A stretch of DNA of 47,336 nucleotides from Gemmataceae bacterium (GTDB lineage: Bacteria; Planctomycetota; Planctomycetia; Gemmatales; Gemmataceae), in assembly GCA_035258765.1 (NCBI GenBank), contig DATFWZ010000733.1, positions 1 through 47,336 of the forward strand, given 5' to 3'. The position numbers were made by a program, and so were the translations under genes. The notes beneath the pieces are model-generated. The model had not been told where the DNA came from and did no database searches. It saw only the letters and a program-made list of their open reading frames with translations. Shown piece after piece: positions 44,905-47,336 of this stretch. Each line of letters starts with the position of its first letter. Within the stretch, counting starts at the first letter, position 1.

Positions 44905-45804
44905 ATGCCACGCCGCGGTTTTACACTCATTGAGTTGCTCGTCGTCATCGCCATCATTGCGATTCTCATTGGCCTCTTACTCCCGGCCGTTCAAAAGGTC
45001 CGCGAGGCGGCCAACCGCATGAAGTGCCAGAACAACCTCAAGCAAGTCGGCCTGGCCGCGCACAACTACCACGACACCAACGAACGGTTCCCACCGGCTG
45101 TCAACATCCCCGGGGAGGAGAATTTTGGCTGGCCGGTGGCGCCGGACCGCAACAAGTGGTATGGGCTGTTCATGGCATTGTTCCCGTACTTCGAGCAGGA
45201 CAACCTGCGACGGGGCCTGATCGATAATGTGGCCAACCCGCACTTCCAGAACTGCATCGGGCCTAACTCGGTCGGGGCCCAGGTGGTGAAGATTCTAATT
45301 TGTCCGTCGGACGGCAGCATGCCCAACCCCCCGGTCGGGACGTACCTGAATCAGTACTATTTCGGCCTGTCGAGCTACGGCGGGTGCTCGGGGACGTCGG
45401 CCACGACAACGAACGGGAACCAGTCCTTGAAGAACGGCATGTTCTTCATGAATAGCACGGTGAGGATCAATTCGGTCACCGATGGGTTGAGCCAGACCCT
45501 GATGTTCGGCGAGCGGTCCCGGCGGAACTTGCCGGCCACCAACTCGTACCAGGCGCTGGGGGGGTGGGCCTGGGCGAACTTCTTTGCCCAGGAGGACAAC
45601 ACCATGAACGCGTCTCAGCCGATCGAGGGGGTCGCCCTCCACGACCTCAACCAGTTCGGCAGCCAGCACTCCGGCGGGACAATCTCCAACTTCTGCTTCG
45701 GCGACGGGTCGGTCCGGTCAATCCGGAAGTCGGTCGACATCGTGACACTCCAGCGGCTGGCCGCCATCGCTGACGGGCAGGTGATCGATGCCAGCCGGTA
45801 TTAG
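44905..45804 (+). CDS. DUF1559-family protein with a prepilin-type N-terminal cleavage/methylation domain
   Basis: N-terminus: [48 protein letters not shown]-terminus: FGSQHSGGTISNFCFGDGSVRSIRKS. The track ORF starts at 44803, but the pilin-type leader fits the ATG at 44905. Confidence 0.9.
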   Translation: MPRRGFTLIELLVVIAIIAILIGLLLPAVQKVREAANRMKCQNNLKQVGLAAHNYHDTNERFPPAVNIPGEENFGWPVAPDRNKWYGLFMALFPYFEQDNLRRGLIDNVANPHFQNCIGPNSVGAQVVKILICPSDGSMPNPPVGTYLNQYYFGLSSYGGCSGTSATTTNGNQSLKNGMFFMNSTVRINSVTDGLSQTLMFGERSRRNLPATNSYQALGGWAWANFFAQEDNTMNASQPIEGVALHDLNQFGSQHSGGTISNFCFGDGSVRSIRKSVDIVTLQRLAAIADGQVIDASRY

Positions 45805-46252
45805 TCTGCGGGCCCGCGCGGCGGCCGCGATCGTCCCGATGGTCATCCTGGCGGCGGCCGGCTGTGGCGGGCCGAAGATGGCCCCCGAGGTTTCCGGGAC
45901 GGTCACTATGGGCGGTCACCCGCTAGAGGGAGTAGTCGTGACTTTCTACCCGGTGACTGAGGGGCGGGACGGGCTGCCGTTTTCCAAAGGCACGACCGAC
46001 GCGGCCGGCCACTACACGCTGACCCTCCCGGACGGCAAGCCGGGAGCGGTGGTCGGCCAAAGCCGAGTTGTGGTGAACTGGCCGCCCCGGGAGCGGACTG
46101 ACACCCCGGCCACCCAGCCGAAGCGGCCAGTCCAGCCGTTCATCCCCGTGCGCTACACCGTCGCCACGGAAACCCCCTTGATCTACGAGGTCAAGGCCGG
46201 GACCGCCCAGGTGATCGACCTCGCCCTGGACCCGAACCTCCCTCCCCCGTAG
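45788..46252 (+). CDS. Small lipoprotein with a carboxypeptidase-regulatory-like beta-sandwich
   Basis: [28 protein letters not shown] has a lipobox-like AGC. It continues [22 protein letters not shown]...[14 protein letters not shown], typical of CarboxypepD_reg-like domains. It overlaps the preceding gene by 17 nt. Confidence 0.65.
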   Translation: MPAGISLRARAAAAIVPMVILAAAGCGGPKMAPEVSGTVTMGGHPLEGVVVTFYPVTEGRDGLPFSKGTTDAAGHYTLTLPDGKPGAVVGQSRVVVNWPPRERTDTPATQPKRPVQPFIPVRYTVATETPLIYEVKAGTAQVIDLALDPNLPPP

Positions 46253-46320
46253 TGGTCGAGCGAAACGTTTCCCCGGCCCCGGGCCGACCCCCGAGCAGGG
46301 GACATCATTCCGAAAGGTCG

Positions 46321-47265
46321 ATGGCCATGAATCCATTCCAACACACGCGTCGTGGCTTTACGCTGATCGAGCTGCTCGTGGTGATTGCCATCATTGCCAT
46401 TCTGATTGGGCTACTCCTCCCAGCGGTGCAGAAGGTCCGGGAAGCCGCCAACCGGATGAAATGTCAGAACAATCTCAAGCAGATCGGGCTGGGGATACAC
46501 AACTTCGAGGGCGTGTACAATCGGTTCCCGTCTGGGCTGATGGTTCCGGTCGGGACCGGGCAGTCGGGGTCAATCTTCCCGGGCACCTGCCCGCGGTGTA
46601 GTCAGTCCCCAATCCTCAACTGCTTCGCCTCCTGGCTGACCATGATCCTGCCGTTCGTGGAACAGGACCCGCTCTACCAGTCGGTCCTCGTCAAGTCACA
46701 GTATCTGACCATGCGGGATTACTCCTACTGCACGAGCCAAACCGATGCCGGGGCGAGCATCGTCCCTATTTACATCTGCCCGTCGGACTATGTGCCATCC
46801 AAAGTAATTCAGTACACGGTCTACTACTTCGGCATCAACAGCTACTTCGCCAACGCGGGCACCAAGGCGTGGCCGGTGGCGAACGCGAGTCTAAACGGTG
46901 TACTCTATTACAATAGCGCCACCACGTTCGCCAGGATCTTGGACGGAACCTCGAACACCTTGCTGGCGGGCGAGCGATTTAGCCGCGACGTGGCATATCC
47001 AGACCTGCCCAACCGCCGCGGCTGGGCGTGGACGAACTACAACTCCGGGCAGGACAGTCTGGGGGACACGAGCTGGCCGATCAATTCGAAGGCGTCCGCC
47101 ATCGGCCTGGACGCGCGGTCGAACAACTTCGGCAGCGGGCACGCCCAGGGAGCCAACTTCGTTCTGTGCGACGGGTCGGTGCGGTTCATCAGGGACACGA
47201 TCTCAATCGTCACCCTCCAGCGGCTGTCGGTGCCGGACGACGGGATCCCTGTCACTATTGACTGA
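46321..47265 (+). CDS. DUF1559-family protein with a prepilin-type N-terminal domain (paralog 2)
   Basis: N-terminus: [55 protein letters not shown]-terminus: [30 protein letters not shown] lies just upstream. The ATG at 46327 is an alternative start. Confidence 0.9.
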   Translation: MAMNPFQHTRRGFTLIELLVVIAIIAILIGLLLPAVQKVREAANRMKCQNNLKQIGLGIHNFEGVYNRFPSGLMVPVGTGQSGSIFPGTCPRCSQSPILNCFASWLTMILPFVEQDPLYQSVLVKSQYLTMRDYSYCTSQTDAGASIVPIYICPSDYVPSKVIQYTVYYFGINSYFANAGTKAWPVANASLNGVLYYNSATTFARILDGTSNTLLAGERFSRDVAYPDLPNRRGWAWTNYNSGQDSLGDTSWPINSKASAIGLDARSNNFGSGHAQGANFVLCDGSVRFIRDTISIVTLQRLSVPDDGIPVTID

Positions 47266-47294
47266 TCCCATCACCCCGCCGACCGGGAGCCGTC

Positions 47295-47336
47295 ATGACT
47301 TGCCGCCGAGTGCCGTTCCTTGTCTGCGCCGCCCTG
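47295..47336 (+). CDS. Start of a further small (lipo)protein gene, truncated by the window end
   Basis: An ATG 27 nt after the DUF1559 stop encodes MTCRRVPFLVCAAL, a signal-like start. Its position mirrors the lipoprotein partner of the first cassette. Only 14 codons are visible. Confidence 0.3.
   Translation, partial: MTCRRVPFLVCAAL

Noticed and set aside
1-47336. Mobile elements, integrases, toxin-antitoxin or defence-system genes
   Set aside because: No ORF in any frame shows transposase DDE, recombinase, nuclease, helicase or methylase signatures. There are no terminal inverted repeats and no abrupt composition island. The lower G+C of the beta-helix and DUF1559 genes is explained by their Asn/Thr/Ile-rich composition.

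Overview
GC-rich window (about two-thirds G+C by eye). The gene content looks planctomycete, Gemmataceae-like. This is inferred from DUF1559/prepilin paralogs, basic L-E-x-R-x-x-P N-terminal leaders and a dockerin-ended giant protein; it has not been checked against any database. There are three blocks. (1) 1-27.3 kb, almost all on the minus strand, is a Wzx/Wzy-type extracellular-polysaccharide locus. It is headed by a NusG/RfaH-like paralog, followed by a WecA/MraY-type initiating transferase, a Wzc-like tyrosine autokinase and a CpsB-type PHP phosphatase. A convergent lipoprotein plus Wza-like exporter pair lies on the plus strand. A second minus-strand run carries a trypsin-like protease, a small membrane protein, an O-antigen-ligase/TPR fusion, three tandem beta-helix paralogs, seven glycosyltransferases, an FkbM methyltransferase, a Wzy-like protein and a Wzx-like flippase. 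Many of these genes are joined by overlapping stop/start codons. (2) 28.2-43.9 kb is one 15.66 kb ORF encoding a 5,219-aa protein in which I found no cysteine. It contains four propeller-like supermodules, about 20 copies of a ~70-aa domain, Ig-like arrays, three cohesin-like modules, two dockerins and a lamin-tail-like domain. (3) 44.0-47.3 kb holds a small PEP-CTERM protein with a cohesin-like body and two tandem cassettes of a DUF1559 pseudopilin-like protein plus a small lipoprotein. I saw no rRNA, tRNA, CRISPR array, transposase or integrase. Most other long ORFs in the track are antisense or out-of-frame shadows typical of high-GC DNA. The most interesting hypothesis is that the giant dockerin-ended protein is tethered by the adjacent PEP-CTERM cohesin-like protein. 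The second is that the giant protein and the three beta-helix proteins share a non-Sec, non-Tat N-terminal leader.
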